From: Escherichia phage WG01
Length of the DNA stretch: 64,000 nucleotides
Strand: one strand, 5' to 3'
Sequence record: NC_031928.1
In this document: positions 18,220 through 27,103 of the stretch, piece by piece
Layout of the letters: the number at the start of each line of letters is the position of its first letter
How positions within the stretch are numbered: position 1 is the stretch's first letter
The notes under the pieces: generated by a model
Seen by the model: the letters and a program-made list of their open reading frames with translations, nothing else
Told to the model about the DNA's origin: nothing
Databases searched by the model: none
Translations under genes and position numbers: made by a program

Positions 18220-18360
18220 TTATTCCTCACCTTCATGTTTATGAGCAATTTCTTCGAATTCGCTGTCACAGTCTAAACAGGTTGCGTTATCCCAAGCATC
18301 AAATACCGCTTGGTCTTCATAGACTGAACAACCACATACTACACATTCAAATTCTTCCAT
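18220..18360 (-). CDS. small zinc-finger protein (46 aa, CxxC...CxxC)
   Basis: Hand-translated ORF MEEFECVVCGCSVYEDQAVFDAWDNATCLDCDSEF...; fills the gap between dmd and next gene exactly. Confidence 0.4.
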   Translation of the reverse strand: MEEFECVVCGCSVYEDQAVFDAWDNATCLDCDSEFEEIAHKHEGEE

Positions 18361-18555
18361 TTAGATTTCCTCAATGCGAGCATCATGTTCATAAACTTCT
18401 ACGTCGTCGACATAGGCCTTGACTAGAATACTATTGACTTCAGCGAATTGGGTAGCCACCCACACAATATCGTTTTCACGCACTGAAGCTTCTTTGGTAG
18501 CGGTATCACCGTTGGCGAAATGGCCGACAAATTTTACTTTAATTGATTCAGACAT
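18361..18555 (-). CDS. dmd: Dmd antitoxin-like (discriminator of mRNA degradation)
   Basis: 64 aa; WVATQFAEVNSILVKAYVDD resembles recalled T4 Dmd core; position near 41/61. Confidence 0.65.
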   Translation of the reverse strand: MSESIKVKFVGHFANGDTATKEASVRENDIVWVATQFAEVNSILVKAYVDDVEVYEHDARIEEI

Positions 18556-18885
18556 TTAGATTTCCTCGCAGAAGGCCCATTCAGCATGATAAACCGTAGC
18601 GCCTTTAGTATCATTTAAACAAACCACATCCACCGGAGCAATTACACGATAAAGACGGGGTTCTCCTCCCACTGAACGAGCTGCACGTCCAGCATAAATC
18701 TTAGCCAAACCGATATCTTCAGTAAAGAACACACGATTTAGGTTTTTCTTACGACCGGTTTCAGACAGAACTCCTGTTTCCTCAGGAGGACAAAGCATAT
18801 TACCGATATTAGCGACACTACAACTTCCATGGTAATACACTTTATATTCTGCTTTACAGTCGATGGTTTTCATTTTGTTCTCCAA
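18556..18885 (-). CDS. hypothetical protein
   Basis: 109-aa ORF downstream of promoter cassette 18886-18926. Confidence 0.5.
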   Translation of the reverse strand: MENKMKTIDCKAEYKVYYHGSCSVANIGNMLCPPEETGVLSETGRKKNLNRVFFTEDIGLAKIYAGRAARSVGGEPRLYRVIAPVDVVCLNDTKGATVYHAEWAFCEEI

Positions 18886-18926
18886 GTTGATAGGTCTATA
18901 GTATCATGCCTATAGGAGATGTAAAC
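18886..18926 (-). promoter_or_regulatory. early promoter cassette
   Basis: GTTGATAGGTCTATAGTATCA core, gtaaac 18921-18926. Confidence 0.55.
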
Positions 18927-18930
18927 CCTT

Positions 18931-18957
18931 AAAACAAAAAAGGAGCCGAAGCTCCTT
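18931..18957 (-). terminator. rho-independent terminator after gene 41
   Basis: AAGGAGC CGAA GCTCCTT hairpin followed by T-run on minus strand. Confidence 0.65.
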
Positions 18958-20395
18958 AAAATTTGATAGATGCTGCTAAATCGTCTAAATCACTTCTATT
19001 AACACGCGTCTGTCGATTGACCTCGGCTTGGCGATTCATCTCACCTGTAGCCTCACGTACCGTGTTCACTGGACCTGGGTTGGAATCGTCTTCAACTTCA
19101 TACCAACGTTGATTTCCTTTCTTAACACCAATCTTAAATTTGTTGTAGTAGCTCTTATCACCATAACGAGATTTAAGCTGCTTAACCATCTGCATACCCA
19201 TCTGAGCGAACTCTTCTGTCTCGACCACACCCAACATGAAGTCTGCAGTATGTGCAATACCAAAGGATTCAGCAATATCGGCCATATCGATTTCGGCTGC
19301 AACGTTCGCACCACGAGTAGTCTGGGCTGCAGTCCACAACAGTAATTTCTTCTCTACTGCAAGTCCACGTAGTTCTTCAGCAACCATCTTAATCAATCCG
19401 TAACTGTTTTCAGAGAAAACTTTCGTACGAGACGATGCACAGATAGCCAAGTAGTCAACGATAACGACCTGTGGGACAAAGTTTTGTTTGAGCTTGTATT
19501 CGTTTAATAATGCACGGAATGTATCGGCATTAGCACCGCCAGTAGGATACTGTTTAATCTTTAAACGACCTAAAGTAGCAGTTGAACGCCATTTATCCAT
19601 CTTAGCTTTATATTCAGGCCACGAGACGTGACCATCATCGATATCATCCAGCGACACGTCCAGAAGGTTGGCATCGATACGCTTAGCACATACTTCCTCT
19701 GCCATCTCCATGGAGATATAAAGAACATCGTAACCAGATTGAAGGTAATCAGCAGCCAATGAACAAAGACCAAGAGACTTACCTACGTTTGTTCCTGCCA
19801 ACAATACGTTTTCAGTACCAAACTCAGCACCACCTTTGGTAATCTTATTCAGAATATTAAGACGGAACGGAACCTTACGTGCTTTATCAGAATAACTTTT
19901 GAAACGTTCTTCATAGTCATCCATCCAGTCATGACCTAATTCAGAATCGAAACAAATCGATAATGCATCACGCATGATATCCGGAATAGCACCAATACCT
20001 GGAAGTTTTCTATTTTGTTGCTCAACCGGAAGGTCGGCATTAGTTTGGATTTCAATGATTTTTGAAGTTGCATTATACATCGCTGCTTTCTGAACGTATT
20101 TCTCCGTCTCTTTAACCAACCATTCTTGGTCTTCAGGCCCGGCGTTCAGCGAACTTAAAAGCTCTTTAGCGCCTTGATGTTCAACTTCTGAAAGCGTACT
20201 GTTATCTAATGCAATGCTCAATGCGTTCTTAGAAGGCACTGCATTATATTCATTGACGTGTTTTTTAATTTCTTTGAAAAGGGTCTTTGCAGGACCCTGG
20301 TCAAAATAAGAATCATTCATATAAGGCCAGACCTTAGTGAAATAATCACTATTGCCTAGCAGTTGAGCCAAAATAGTTTCTACCACTTCCACCAC
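18956..20395 (-). CDS. 41: replicative DNA helicase (DnaB-like)
   Basis: 479 aa; Walker A LLAGTNVGKSLGL; the first codon at 20395 is GTG; followed by terminator hairpin. Confidence 0.9.
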   Translation of the reverse strand: MVEVVETILAQLLGNSDYFTKVWPYMNDSYFDQGPAKTLFKEIKKHVNEYNAVPSKNALSIALDNSTLSEVEHQGAKELLSSLNAGPEDQEWLVKETEKYVQKAAMYNATSKIIEIQTNADLPVEQQNRKLPGIGAIPDIMRDALSICFDSELGHDWMDDYEERFKSYSDKARKVPFRLNILNKITKGGAEFGTENVLLAGTNVGKSLGLCSLAADYLQSGYDVLYISMEMAEEVCAKRIDANLLDVSLDDIDDGHVSWPEYKAKMDKWRSTATLGRLKIKQYPTGGANADTFRALLNEYKLKQNFVPQVVIVDYLAICASSRTKVFSENSYGLIKMVAEELRGLAVEKKLLLWTAAQTTRGANVAAEIDMADIAESFGIAHTADFMLGVVETEEFAQMGMQMVKQLKSRYGDKSYYNKFKIGVKKGNQRWYEVEDDSNPGPVNTVREATGEMNRQAEVNRQTRVNRSDLDDLAASIKF

Positions 20396-20709
20396 CTCTT
20401 AGATTTAATTTTATCCAGTTCTTCTTGTATTTGCATTGTAACACATTTTTCTACATGAAGCGCTAGCTCTTCTTTTCGGTCTTCGGAAGGTGTTCCGAAA
20501 TCAACCGACACTTTTCCATCTTTCTCAATAACAATATTCATCACATAAACGATGTGAGCAGTGCCATCGGGTAAAGTAAGCATAATTTCCTGCTTAACAG
20601 AACCCATTGACTTACGGATTATATCTAATGATTTCTCATAATACCGAGGGTCACTAGGACCCTCTTCGGTATCTTTAACAAAATTATCTAAATCAGATAA
20701 ATCAGTCAT
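20380..20709 (-). CDS. hypothetical protein (gene 40 position)
   Basis: 109-aa ORF between uvsX and 41; assignment by position only. Confidence 0.45.
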   Translation of the reverse strand: MTDLSDLDNFVKDTEEGPSDPRYYEKSLDIIRKSMGSVKQEIMLTLPDGTAHIVYVMNIVIEKDGKVSVDFGTPSEDRKEELALHVEKCVTMQIQEELDKIKSKRWWKW

Positions 20710-21874
20710 CTAAATCCATCTCTTCTAAATCGCTTTCGATGTCAGCGGCGCTTTGGGTATTTCCGCCTAATTTAACAGCAACGTTCTTAGAGACACGAGA
20801 GTTAATAAGGTCATTTACCGCATCGTCAACTTCTTTAATAGAATTAATTGCACCAAGCTTATACTTATTCTCGATTGCTTCACGGAACGGAGCATGTTTA
20901 AACAGTGGTCCCCAGAACTCAACACAATCGGTAGCTTTAGCACGCCATGCTTTTTCTTCTTGAACCATTTCACCTGTGGTTTCGTCAAGGAATGCACGAT
21001 TATACCAACCAGCTTTAGGTTTCACGACAAAGCCGATATCAGTAGCCATTTCAAGCAATCCACTGAATGGGTCGATACCACCTTCGAAGTTCACTGTAAT
21101 CGGGAACGTTGATTTCTCTTTAACCGTACGAGATTTCTCGGCCTTCAGTGTGAAGTCATAACCAGTGAGCTCAGTACCATCTTTAACCTGACGTTTAGAG
21201 ATAAAGAACACGGTAGAAGCAGAGTACAGAATACCAGTACCACCACCCATAATCTCTTTAGGGTACATTCCACCAATTTCCATAGCCGTGTGGTTAATTG
21301 CTACACAAGGGATATCTTTGATAGTCAGATAAGGTGTTACGATACGGAACAGAGATTTCAGTGACTTAGCACGGGTCATATCACCTACAACTTTCTCGTT
21401 CAAAGCATCTTCGGTTTCTTTCTTAGAAGCAGTGTTACCAATGGAGTCGATAAAGATAATAACCTTTTCGCCACGAGTAATTTCTTCTAACTGGTTGGTC
21501 ATATCAACTTTAAGCTGTTCGACTGACTGGATTGGTGTATGAACCACACGTTCCAAATCAACACCCATCGAACGGAAATAAGATTCTGAAGCACCAAACT
21601 CAGAGTCATAGAACAAACAAATTGCGTCTGGATATTTCTTCATATATGCCGCAACCATGGTAAGTCCAAACAACGTTTTAAAGTGTTTAGATGGAGCAGC
21701 AAAGATTGTCAAACCTGATTGTAAGCCTGCATTCAACGCACCGCCTAATGCAATATTCAGCATAGGGATACGAGTAGGAACTTCGTCACGACCATTAAAC
21801 AATTTAGATTTGGTCAGGTCGGCGGTCATTTTAGAAGTAGAAGCTTTAATCAAACGGGATTTTAAATCAGACAT
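20702..21874 (-). CDS. uvsX: UvsX recombinase (RecA-like)
   Basis: 390 aa; RecA-fold Walker A region around GLQSGLTIFAAPSKHFKT; length as T4 UvsX. Confidence 0.9.
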   Translation of the reverse strand: MSDLKSRLIKASTSKMTADLTKSKLFNGRDEVPTRIPMLNIALGGALNAGLQSGLTIFAAPSKHFKTLFGLTMVAAYMKKYPDAICLFYDSEFGASESYFRSMGVDLERVVHTPIQSVEQLKVDMTNQLEEITRGEKVIIFIDSIGNTASKKETEDALNEKVVGDMTRAKSLKSLFRIVTPYLTIKDIPCVAINHTAMEIGGMYPKEIMGGGTGILYSASTVFFISKRQVKDGTELTGYDFTLKAEKSRTVKEKSTFPITVNFEGGIDPFSGLLEMATDIGFVVKPKAGWYNRAFLDETTGEMVQEEKAWRAKATDCVEFWGPLFKHAPFREAIENKYKLGAINSIKEVDDAVNDLINSRVSKNVAVKLGGNTQSAADIESDLEEMDLDD

Positions 21875-21951
21875 TATATTTTTCCATAGGCATCATTATA
21901 TTTTACTCACGTTTTAAGATAGGGTAATTATATCACTTCACATTTACAGCG

Positions 21952-22845
21952 TTAAAGGACCACGTCCTCATAACTTGGCATTTCGTGCTCAGAATGGATG
22001 TGGGCACCGAAATAAATGAATTCAGCCAGACCAGGATGGAATACTAAACTGGGATTCTCATGATAAATGATATGAGGTCTTGATTTCAGAATCTGATAAT
22101 ATTCAACCTTACTCGGTTTGAATTTAATAATCTCTACATCAGGACGATGGTCTTCACGCTTAAATGAATCATTCGGATCGGTGATATAAAGGCGAGAACC
22201 TTCAGCCGCAGCTTGGTCTACAACTCTTTCGAATTGATAGCATTTATCTGAGATACGGAATGGATGGAAAATACCATCAATTTTAATAGGCGCTAGACCT
22301 TCAGAGTAACGCTCAATTACTGCGGGATTAATTACCTTTTGGTCTACAAAAATCTTATCAGAGGACGCACCTCGTGACACCAGGACGTCTTTCTGACATT
22401 GATTCAAGACTGTAGTATAAATCGAACGTTCAACTGAACCCACGTCGGTATCAATAAACTCATCGATGTAATAACGAGGAACTTCAGGGTCCATTGTAAT
22501 GTTAAAGTTGAATTGTACAGTCTGAGTGCCATCATAACCTGTGATATCGGTTACCAATCCTGAGCAGTCATAGTATTCGATTAACGAATCAACAACGAAC
22601 TCATTTTCAGACCAAAAATGTTTACGAGTTTCATAAGCATTTTCTTTATACCAAAGCGGTACAAAATTCAGTTCAGGAAATAATTCAATGCATTCTTTGA
22701 TATCGCTCGAATTTCTAGGATAAGCCAGATAATCACCTGGGCAAGCACGGTTTAAATGGAGTTGAAAATTACCGTCCTTAAGGACGGCATATTCACCTGT
22801 TTCGTAACTACGCATACTGAAAATAGGAACGATAAACAAACTCAT
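21952..22845 (-). CDS. orphan protein at the beta-glucosyltransferase locus; candidate hmC glycosyl(arabinosyl)transferase
   Basis: 297-aa ORF, ATGA-coupled to gene 42; occupies the position of beta-gt but does not resemble recalled T4 beta-gt; function inferred from context only. Confidence 0.6.
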   Translation of the reverse strand: MSLFIVPIFSMRSYETGEYAVLKDGNFQLHLNRACPGDYLAYPRNSSDIKECIELFPELNFVPLWYKENAYETRKHFWSENEFVVDSLIEYYDCSGLVTDITGYDGTQTVQFNFNITMDPEVPRYYIDEFIDTDVGSVERSIYTTVLNQCQKDVLVSRGASSDKIFVDQKVINPAVIERYSEGLAPIKIDGIFHPFRISDKCYQFERVVDQAAAEGSRLYITDPNDSFKREDHRPDVEIIKFKPSKVEYYQILKSRPHIIYHENPSLVFHPGLAEFIYFGAHIHSEHEMPSYEDVVL

Positions 22846-23540
22846 TTCAGGAATCCTCGAACGTAGTCAAAATCACGTTCAAATACGTGTGCACTAACCA
22901 TAGTATGGGAATACGTACCCAGACCAACACCACACTGTTCAGCAATAAAGGCCATCAGTTTACCCTGCAGATAGAAATCCAGCTGCATAACAATAGCACA
23001 GTTCTGTGAACGCATATGGGTATGTGCATAAAGACGTCCATCACGAATATAATATGTCACTGAATCAGTACATGGATATTCTAAGGATTCGTCAGAATCA
23101 AGGAGGGCTTGGTCTTGTTCTTGGAGAATTTGGAACACAACTCGTCTTGAGTTAGGCTTCTCTTTAAGCTCTTTAAGTAAGGCTGGGAGTTGGGCCACAA
23201 TTCTAGGTCCATAGAAAGTGTTGAAGTTTGCAGGCAATACGTCACTTTTCGGCTTATCAATGAACTTAGCAACATTAGGGTATTCCTTAAATGCTTCGGC
23301 GGCGTCAGTACCACCAGAAATCATAAACTTCCAGAAAGATTCGGCATAATCATAGTTGATACGATTAATACGAGGGTCGGTGAATTTATAGGTGCTTGCA
23401 TCCAGTACTTCTACCGAAGCAGAACCAATTTCATAACAACGGCCGATACGAGAATCAACTGCAAACTGTGGAGCTTCCAGGATTTCTTCGTTCATTTGCT
23501 TAAACGCGTTTTCAAAACTAACAGCGGTAATGTGTTTCAT
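22842..23540 (-). CDS. 42: dCMP hydroxymethylase (thymidylate synthase family)
   Basis: 232 aa; TS-family blocks PNSRRVVFQI, YPCTDSVTYYIRDGRL, MRSQNCAIVMQLDFY align with recalled T4 gp42 (PDSRR, CTNTVQYLIRD, MRSND). Confidence 0.75.
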   Translation of the reverse strand: MKHITAVSFENAFKQMNEEILEAPQFAVDSRIGRCYEIGSASVEVLDASTYKFTDPRINRINYDYAESFWKFMISGGTDAAEAFKEYPNVAKFIDKPKSDVLPANFNTFYGPRIVAQLPALLKELKEKPNSRRVVFQILQEQDQALLDSDESLEYPCTDSVTYYIRDGRLYAHTHMRSQNCAIVMQLDFYLQGKLMAFIAEQCGVGLGTYSHTMVSAHVFERDFDYVRGFLK

Positions 23541-24073
23541 TTATTCACCTTATTTTCAATATATTCATTCAGACGTTTTAATTCTACCATATCGACGTTA
23601 AGCAAGTTATTATGGCCGTCGTGATTTAAGATTTTAAACACGTTTTCAAAACATGTTTCATATTGCCGGATAGTTAGGTTGAACTCATCTTTGGTTAATT
23701 TAATAAGGTCATCTTCAAAGTCTTTATCCAGTGGATTACGGGTTAAAATAACCTCAATAATATTGAATTCAGATTTAAACCCTTTCCAATCTTCCAGTTC
23801 TACATAAGGGTCCATTTCACCACGAAGGAATCCAGAGTAAACAATATTACTAGGATACCCACGGTCTAAGATGTAGACAAAATTAGGGTCTAAAAACTTA
23901 TACAACGTCTCGACTAAAGCCTTGTCATTATCAGTCCCTAATGAAATGCATTTGCCATTAATCTTTTTAGGGAAATCAATAAGACGATATTTCTTATCAG
24001 ATAAAAGTGATTCAATTAAAGTAGACTTCCCGGAATTATCCGGGCCGTCGATAACAATGATTTTTGGTTTCAC
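23537..24073 (-). CDS. P-loop kinase (dNMP/thymidylate kinase-like fold)
   Basis: 178 aa; Walker A IVIDGPDNSGKST at N-terminus; first codon is GTG overlapping the upstream stop. Confidence 0.6.
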   Translation of the reverse strand: MKPKIIVIDGPDNSGKSTLIESLLSDKKYRLIDFPKKINGKCISLGTDNDKALVETLYKFLDPNFVYILDRGYPSNIVYSGFLRGEMDPYVELEDWKGFKSEFNIIEVILTRNPLDKDFEDDLIKLTKDEFNLTIRQYETCFENVFKILNHDGHNNLLNVDMVELKRLNEYIENKVNK

Positions 24074-24444
24074 GGATGATATGCCTTATAGGTTTCAAGA
24101 GTTCCTTCACGAACCATTTCTTTAAAGTGGTCAGGACGGATTGCTCGGTCATCGATGATAAAAGTATAACTCGGCTTATGTGTAAGCAGATTGTGATATT
24201 TCAATCCAATCTTTTCAAGGTTCTTAACTAATGCAGGAACTACTTCAACCAAGATTCGACCCGGGCCGCATGAAGTCATACCACGGGCAGTGAACAAGGT
24301 AATCTCGTACCCTTCATCATAAAGCTTATTAATCATGGACACCATTTCGGTGTCCGGTTTAAAGTTTTCGTAATCACGGTCATCTTGCCAGTGAGTAATG
24401 GTATTATCGATATCAAAACACAGATGCATTAAATTTTCTTCCAT
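24070..24444 (-). CDS. HAD-superfamily phosphatase
   Basis: 124 aa; HAD motif I FDIDNTIT near N-terminus; alternative start at 24429. Confidence 0.6.
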   Translation of the reverse strand: MEENLMHLCFDIDNTITHWQDDRDYENFKPDTEMVSMINKLYDEGYEITLFTARGMTSCGPGRILVEVVPALVKNLEKIGLKYHNLLTHKPSYTFIIDDRAIRPDHFKEMVREGTLETYKAYHP

Positions 24445-26102
24445 TGTTTGTGGAGTTCGGTAGAACCTGTAGGTTTATATTTTACACCAGTTTCCTGGTC
24501 AAGCAAAACCCACTTATCAGGACAACGAGTGATAATTTGAGCCGTGATAGGGTCGCGAACTTCATCAACGAATTCACCTGTGATAAGCTTACGCTTACGA
24601 GGATGCCGCTTCAGCAGCACACTCAGTTGATATAGCCCATTGTAATAAGCGCCCAGAGCTTTCAGAGGGTTATTTTTAAAGTAACCTGCCAATGCCATCC
24701 AAATAACGGCAATCCAGAGCTTGTGCTTAAATGTACACATCGGAATATCATCTAAAGGCATAACCTTTTCAATATCAACGAATACACGAGTTCCGTTACG
24801 AGTTAATCCGCCCCATAGAGGGTCAGAGTTAAATTTGTCATAACCATCGATAGAATAAAGCACCTTAGCTTCATCATAAATCGCAGGGCCTTTAGAACTA
24901 TTACCAAAATAACCACGTGGGTCGATGATTTTAATATTACCTTCGTCCGACAACATAATATTACTGTAGTGCGGGTCGCCATGAATAAGTTGGTACGGTT
25001 CTTTATGTTCAGACAGAATTTCTAAGGCGTGACGAAGAAGTTTTTCTGGGTCGCCTACCTTGAAGTCGTTAACATGGGTAATACCCTGTGGAGCAAAGCC
25101 TTCAATCAATCCGGCAATAGAAGCATTACGAATAAGGACCTTGTCCAATACTTCTTTCTTAACATCAGAATACCATTGCTCATCGGACGGATTATCGATA
25201 GTTCCACCGAACGAACGTAATGCACTAATAACCTTATAAACCATTAGGACTTTAGTTTCTTTAGACATAAACCGGTAGGCATCTGCCATGGTTCGACCAA
25301 AGATACGTTCCATTTTAATGAATTCGCCTGGAGCAAAGTCTACAATGCTAGGAACGAATTCGGAATCAATAGAATTATACCAATTGATTTCTTTAGATTG
25401 GATTTCTTTACCCAATTCGTTAGTTGGTACTTTAATAGCTAGATTCTCGGTGAACTCTAATTTATTAAATTCACGGTTAATTTCAGAATCTTCATGCGCC
25501 TTAGCCAGTTTCAGTTTGTCACCAACATCAACTACAAAGTCTAACTTACGTTCAGTCAAATGGACCATTGAATCCAGGTTGTCAGCAAGGTCTTCACCAT
25601 AATTAGAACGGTCGAAACCTGTCCAATTAGCCACCTGATACAAGCCAACTACGCCACCACCGGTACCAATTTCACGCAAGTACGGTTCTTCAAATGTAAA
25701 ACGACAGTCAGTCCCATAGGTATAACAGTAGTCGTTATCCCACTCAACTTTATGACCTTCAGGAATAATATCACACCAGTTAAACAAGACATTGTGCCCA
25801 ATGATATCTTCGGCAATGCAATCGATAGCATGAGCCGAACCATTGGCAACATCAACGTTACGAATAGTGAATTTAGGCTTATCACTATTAATCATGTTAA
25901 TGGATTTAATATAGCCTTTAACGAGGTCGTTAAATTTGCTGTGAATAACCAGAATAATTTCATCTGATTGATTACTATACAAATCATACAAATGTTTTAA
26001 TACAGTATGTTGTTTGTAGTTAACCAGTACCTTCGGGATTTCGTTGGTAATTGGATACAACCGTGAGCCAAGACCCGCGCCTAAAATAACAACCTTTTTC
26101 AT
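24429..26102 (-). CDS. bifunctional sugar-1-phosphate nucleotidyltransferase / APH-fold sugar kinase
   Basis: 557 aa from ATG 26102 (GAGGAA RBS); N-terminal NTase motif ILGAGLGSRLYPIT; C-terminal kinase motifs LIHGDPHYSNIM and IIDPRGYFG. Confidence 0.75.
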   Translation of the reverse strand: MKKVVILGAGLGSRLYPITNEIPKVLVNYKQHTVLKHLYDLYSNQSDEIILVIHSKFNDLVKGYIKSINMINSDKPKFTIRNVDVANGSAHAIDCIAEDIIGHNVLFNWCDIIPEGHKVEWDNDYCYTYGTDCRFTFEEPYLREIGTGGGVVGLYQVANWTGFDRSNYGEDLADNLDSMVHLTERKLDFVVDVGDKLKLAKAHEDSEINREFNKLEFTENLAIKVPTNELGKEIQSKEINWYNSIDSEFVPSIVDFAPGEFIKMERIFGRTMADAYRFMSKETKVLMVYKVISALRSFGGTIDNPSDEQWYSDVKKEVLDKVLIRNASIAGLIEGFAPQGITHVNDFKVGDPEKLLRHALEILSEHKEPYQLIHGDPHYSNIMLSDEGNIKIIDPRGYFGNSSKGPAIYDEAKVLYSIDGYDKFNSDPLWGGLTRNGTRVFVDIEKVMPLDDIPMCTFKHKLWIAVIWMALAGYFKNNPLKALGAYYNGLYQLSVLLKRHPRKRKLITGEFVDEVRDPITAQIITRCPDKWVLLDQETGVKYKPTGSTELHKQWKKI

Positions 26103-26162
26103 TATCTGTTCCTCAAGTGAATGTAGGTACATTATACACTATTTTTAATAAATTGGTATTGC

Positions 26163-26663
26163 TTAAATCTTATCTTTACCGATTTCAATACACTGTTCTA
26201 TTGCCGCCGGTGCTTTGGTCTTGAGCTTATCGATTTGTTTCTTATAATCACGAGCTTTACCGAAGCTCTCGGTTTCGAGCATTTCGTAATAACGAGCCTC
26301 GTGGATGGAAATCTGTAGATTGATATGGTTTACGCACATCGCATACAGTTTCTGCTTTTTGTACAAATCATCTTGACGCTTCATTTCTGCCTGGTGTTTG
26401 GCTAGTACCGCTTCACGCTTGGACTCTTGTTCACGTTGGAATTCGATTTCCCTTTGAGCATATTTTGCACAGTTATTACCACATTGATTATTGGCTCGGG
26501 TGTACACAAGTCCAGAACCTGCACGGAATTTCATTTCGCCATCGAATTGTTTCTGTTCAGCTGCGATACGAGCTTTACCAACTTCATCAGCCGAAACTGC
26601 ATCACCATATTGGACCGCGCAACCTGATAGGAGCATACTCATTGCGATAATTAACTTTTTCAT
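26163..26663 (-). CDS. putative lipoprotein with coiled-coil region
   Basis: 166 aa; signal peptide with lipobox LLSGC; GAGGA RBS. Confidence 0.55.
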   Translation of the reverse strand: MKKLIIAMSMLLSGCAVQYGDAVSADEVGKARIAAEQKQFDGEMKFRAGSGLVYTRANNQCGNNCAKYAQREIEFQREQESKREAVLAKHQAEMKRQDDLYKKQKLYAMCVNHINLQISIHEARYYEMLETESFGKARDYKKQIDKLKTKAPAAIEQCIEIGKDKI

Positions 26664-26670
26664 AATATCC

Positions 26671-26808
26671 TCAATTAAAACAGTTATACTTAATTTGTGC
26701 TATAAGAATAATCCATCCGATGATTAGTGTCGGAATCATTGGCGGAATTGCCACTGCCCAATAAATGGTAAAGGCAGTCATTATAAGAAATAAAATAATT
26801 ATTTTCAT
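26671..26808 (-). CDS. small membrane protein (45 aa)
   Basis: Hand-translated hydrophobic ORF MKIIILFLIMTAFTIYWAVAIPPMIPTLIIGWIIL...; ATGA-coupled to imm; below track cutoff. Confidence 0.35.
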   Translation of the reverse strand: MKIIILFLIMTAFTIYWAVAIPPMIPTLIIGWIILIAQIKYNCFN

Positions 26809-27041
26809 TGCTTAACAATAATGATTTGTGCGTTTGATTTACGTTCAGCGACGATAGCCCAGATTAAAGCCACTACCCAACCAATCATAGTCCATCCTAA
26901 CAGAAGGTTTAGGAAGAAAATTCCGACATTACTACGAGTGCCTCGCAGAAGAGCCAGAATCCATGGTAAAAAGTAACCGATGAACATAATAACCAGAGAA
27001 CCGAATCCTAAAACACCAGCACTAACGATTAAAGCTTCCAT
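26805..27041 (-). CDS. imm: superinfection immunity membrane protein
   Basis: 78 aa, two TM helices, LNLLLGWTMIGWVVALIWA block typical of Imm family; position next to 43. Confidence 0.6.
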   Translation of the reverse strand: MEALIVSAGVLGFGSLVIMFIGYFLPWILALLRGTRSNVGIFFLNLLLGWTMIGWVVALIWAIVAERKSNAQIIIVKQ

Positions 27042-27056
27042 TGTAATTTCCTCATG

Positions 27057-27101
27057 TAGTTGATAGGAAGGATACTACCACGTTCCTTGTGGTATGTAAA
27101 C
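27057..27101 (-). promoter_or_regulatory. early promoter cassette (imm)
   Basis: GTTGATAGGAAGGATACTACCA core, gtaaac 27096-27101. Confidence 0.5.
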
Positions 27102-27103
27102 AC

